Source: Callorhinchus milii
Lineage: Eukaryota
Direction of reading: 5' to 3'
Assembly (NCBI RefSeq): GCF_018977255.1
Contig: NW_024704743.1
Span: forward strand, 99,822,001 to 99,886,000
DNA length: 64,000 nt
A program made the position numbers and the translations under genes. Position 1 is the first letter of the stretch; every line of letters begins with the position of its first letter. Below the pieces are notes generated by a model. That model was not told the DNA's origin, did not search any database, and was given only the letters and a program-made list of their open reading frames with translations. Positions 62,819-64,000 of this stretch are shown in pieces.

Positions 62819-62933
62819 TGACCATTCAGGGTATGTTCGTCCACCTATGGTGCCTCGAAGCCTCAATAGTGACATTTCCTACTTTGGTGTTGGTGGGAAG
62901 CAAGCAGTTTTCTTCATTGGTCAATCAACTAGG
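62819..62933 (+). CDS. SMCHD1: SMCHD1 exon 6, GHKL motif III ([38 protein letters not shown])
   Basis: Acceptor ttcctcAG and donor GTAAGT. 115 nt, with the [10 protein letters not shown] motif. Confidence 0.97.
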
Positions 62934-63907
62934 GTAAGTGTATACATTTCAGTCAAAAATAACAAGACTTTGCTATCCTTAATATATTAACCTAGTTAAA
63001 GATAGCTTGTTGTCAAAAATAAAATGGTGATAGTCAATGTTCTTTCATGAAATTGGTTTGCTGATCTCTTTCTCATTTCATTGCTGAATAACAAACTTTT
63101 ATACTAATAGGCAAATTATAACCAGAACACAAGTCCCAGGATTTTGATTGCTGCAATCATAAATACGCATGTATAATTTGTTTCAGGATTTCTGGAGAGA
63201 AGCCTAGCTAGGCTCGTCTCCTAATACATGATAAACTATTACACGTGTGGAGAAATATTATCTATAAAACCTTAATTTCCAATTTCTCGAGACTAATGAA
63301 ATACGAGGAAGGAGATGAGGAGGAAAGTCTTGAGCTTATCTCAAGCTGTGGAATTTAGTGTAAGGCATAATGGAACAATTAAAAATGACAAGTATTCCTA
63401 TTTTCCTTAAGCTTGTTCTGTGATTAGCATGAATTCTATAAAGTGATAGTTTTGAAAAATACAGTAAATTCTGATGACACCACCGCTCTTAACTCGTCAC
63501 TGTCACTTAAGTCATCAAATATCATGACTGCTTGCCATATAAACTATTAATAAGAGACATTTCTTTACTTATCAATCCGCTTAACATGTAACCTGTCGCA
63601 TTATAAAATACTACAATATATTATAACAAGGTTTCCCTGTGGAACTTAATGTCTAAAATCTTTTGAGTCGGATTCTTTGATTCATGTTCATTGTTCTAAA
63701 GAATGGAATTGCAGTTGGTTAGGTACAGGGCAGTGTAGCTCATGAAATAGGCAGGAAATGAAGAGGAAATTCTCAAGTCTGTTGAAGTTGAAAAATCTAG
63801 CGTCTGAGAAAATGTTCAACTGAAAACAAATTATATGTTTTATAAGATATTTGCGTGTGTATCAGTTCGTTACTCCAGTAATGTGTCCTGTAATTTTTTT
63901 TCTCAAG

Positions 63908-64000
63908 ATGATAACCAAGCCTGTAGATTCCCAAGATGTGCATGAATTCATACTTTCCAAGGATGATTTTGAAATGAAGGAAAAAAACAAAGAAGCTATA
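63908..64000 (+). CDS. SMCHD1: SMCHD1 exon 7, partial ([31 protein letters not shown]...), runs off the window
   Basis: Acceptor ttttttctcaAG, phase 0. Matches human [31 protein letters not shown]. Confidence 0.96.
   Translation, partial: MITKPVDSQDVHEFILSKDDFEMKEKNKEAI

Overview
Vertebrate genomic DNA, most likely a cartilaginous fish. This is inferred from the repeat types: Deu-domain SINEs, shark-type Penelope pseudo-LTRs, and abundant L2/CR1. The only host gene I can support is the 5' end of SMCHD1 on the + strand. It has a CpG-island promoter near 51.9-52.8 kb and coding exons 1-7 (52054-64000, exon 7 cut by the window edge), with GT-AG splice sites and an unbroken frame through the GHKL ATPase motifs. 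The first ~51 kb contains no recognisable host coding exon and is a layered transposon landscape: a young tRNA-Ala-headed SINE and its older relatives, its partner L2 LINE, CR1 fragments, two Penelope-like insertions with degenerate hammerhead-ribozyme motifs, a solo LTR with a clean TSD, an old unclassified ~1 kb repeat, and several candidate regulatory islands. I found no convincing wholly new gene system. The most interesting signals are (i) stepwise modular SINE evolution, with a 3' loop that matches the local young L2, (ii) an inverted, hammerhead-bearing Penelope insertion, and (iii) an L2 relic absorbed into the SMCHD1 CpG island with AT-to-GC-biased divergence. All alignments were done by eye, so repeat boundaries are approximate unless a TSD is given.
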